DNA of 64,000 bases, taken from contig MU058531.1 in the NCBI GenBank assembly GCA_013265495.1, positions 2,728,911-2,792,910 on the forward strand. The letters run 5' to 3'. Made by a program: the position numbers and the translations under genes. This document shows, piece by piece, positions 62,551 through 64,000 of this stretch (within the stretch, counting starts at the first letter, position 1; every line of letters begins with the position of its first letter). This DNA comes from Vicugna vicugna (Eukaryota). Below the pieces are notes generated by a model. The model worked only from the letters and a program-made list of their open reading frames with translations. It did not search any database and was not told the origin of the DNA.

Positions 62551-62813
62551 TTAAAAAACTTATTCATTTGTAGGGTTTTTCTATTTGTTTGTTTTGGGTT
62601 TTTGTTTTGTTTGGGGGGAGGTAATTAGGCTTATTTATTTTAATGGAGGTACTGGGGATTGAACCCACGACCTCATGCATGCTAAGCATGTGCTCTACCA
62701 CTGAGCTATATCACCTCCTCCACCCCCTGGTTATTTTTTGTTTATTTTTTAATGGAGGTACTGGGGTTTGAACCCAGGACCCTGTGCATGCTAAGCATGA
62801 GCTATACTCTTCC
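62551..62813 (-). mobile_element. Tandem dimer of tRNA-Ala-derived SINEs within one TSD
   Basis: Two heads (62645-62727 and 62754-62813); exact 17-bp TSD cctcttttacctctttt 62534-62550 / 62814-62830. Confidence 0.88.
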
Positions 62814-62946
62814 CCTCTTTTACCTCTTTTGACGATTTGGTGACATGCTGCTGTGTTATTCTCAGCATCATGTCTGCCTGCCACTGTCAATAACAGTGGC
62901 TATTTTTATTGTCTTCTTAGCACTGGATATGGCAGACACACAAGTT

Positions 62947-63011
62947 TGCCTGCCTGCCTGCCTGCCTGCCTTTCTTTCTGTCTATCTGTCGATCGATCAA
63001 TCGATCGATCA
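62947..63011. repeat. Compound tetranucleotide microsatellite (TGCC)n-(TCTN)n-(GATC)n
   Basis: tgcctgcctgcctgcctgcctgcctttctttctgtctatctgtcgatcgatcaatcgatcgatca. Confidence 0.85.
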
Positions 63012-63149
63012 GGGGAGGGTATAGCTCGTGGTAGAGCACACGCTTAGCATGCATGAGGTCCTGGGTTCAATCCCCAGTACCTCCTCTAAAAATAAGCAAA
63101 TAAATCTAATTACCTACCCCTTCAACAACAAAAAAGAAAATAAAAAAAA
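63012..63149 (+). mobile_element. tRNA-Ala-derived SINE (vic-1-like)
   Basis: 'ggggagggtatagctcgtggtagagcacacgcttagcatgcatgaggtcctgggttcaatccccagtacctcc' + A-rich linker + 'ctaattacctacccc' + A-tail. Confidence 0.92.
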
Positions 63150-64000
63150 TTATCTATTTTAAGCTGAATGTCTCTCTTGTCCCACATTCTAGAAAATGCT
63201 ATGAGGCACTCAAGACATATCCCTGTTTCCCACCTCCAGGCCCCACTTAATGCCCACTGGGTTTGGTGCTTCAGTGTGAGAAACCCTGAGGCACCTTCAG
63301 CCTCAGGTGTGTTTGTCCAGACAGGGACAGCCAGGTAGAGGCTTGCCACTAATAGCCCTGGCCTTTTTGGGGTGCTCACTGCCAGCAGGAGACACCCTCT
63401 ACATGGAAATTACTTTAATTTGCAGTTGACAAAAGGCAAATTGCTGGCATTTTTTGCTTGGAGCCTGGAATGTAACCTTGCACGGCTGCCCTAGACATTC
63501 CAGGTGACAGCTTCCATTAGCCCGACCCAGATTTCTAGCTTAAAGGAGGGAGGAAGAAAGACCTTAAGTAATTTTACAGGGGGCAACCCTCCCCCTCCCC
63601 ATTATTGAGTTCTACTAACTTCTATTCCTTCGGATTCCCTCCCACTCTTGGCAGCACACGGAGCAGTGTCAGTGTGACTTCCGATCCTGCTTGTGTTTCT
63701 CTGTGCTTAACCTTCAATTGTGTATTTCCACAGTCTGCAGGCTTGTAATTATTATTTGGGTGGGAGACTCCTCCCCGTGTTGCACCTGTGTTTGGTTTGT
63801 GTGTACGGGCATGAGAGCAGGGCCTTCTCTGCTCCGTCTCTTTGCCCGATGCCTGAGGTGCAGTAGGCTCTCAGTCCTTACTTGTTGAAGGAATGAATGA
63901 GTGAATGAATGAATGAGTGGTTTCCAATTTTTCCCAAGGCCAGAATGTCTTCGTCTGTCTAGTTGTTGACTTCTATAGCATTCCAGAGGAAGGGCATCCT

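Noticed and set aside
63012..63085. Possible tRNA-Ala(AGC) gene (also 3862, 33263, 39288, 62645)
   Set aside because: Degenerate acceptor stems, SINE-type tail, poly(A) and TSDs mark these as SINE heads, not tRNA genes.

Overview
This is non-coding mammalian genomic DNA, most likely camelid. Six tRNA-Ala-derived SINE heads resemble the camelid vic-1 family, and I saw no ruminant Bov-B/Bov-tA or primate Alu elements. I can support no host protein-coding exon, RNA gene, CpG island or CRISPR array. The only recognisable protein sequence is decayed LINE-1 ORF2. The window is intergenic or deep-intronic and dense in repeats (L1 of several ages, MIR, L2, CR1/L3, MaLR LTRs, hAT/Tigger fossils), with a few repeat-poor blocks that could be enhancers. 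The most notable structure is a 2.8 kb insertion bounded by an exact 17-bp target-site duplication (24407-24423 / 27250-27266). It holds a 5'-truncated L1 plus ~1.9 kb of unrelated AT-rich sequence ending in AATAAA and an A-rich tail, i.e. a probable L1 3' transduction. Also present: two twin-priming (5'-inverted) L1s, an old/young chimeric L1 inside one TSD, a SINE dimer, two SINE copies sharing a 13-nt A-box deletion, and several unexplained short duplications. I found no novel gene system. Repeat subfamily names come from recalled consensus similarity, not a database search, and most repeat boundaries are approximate.
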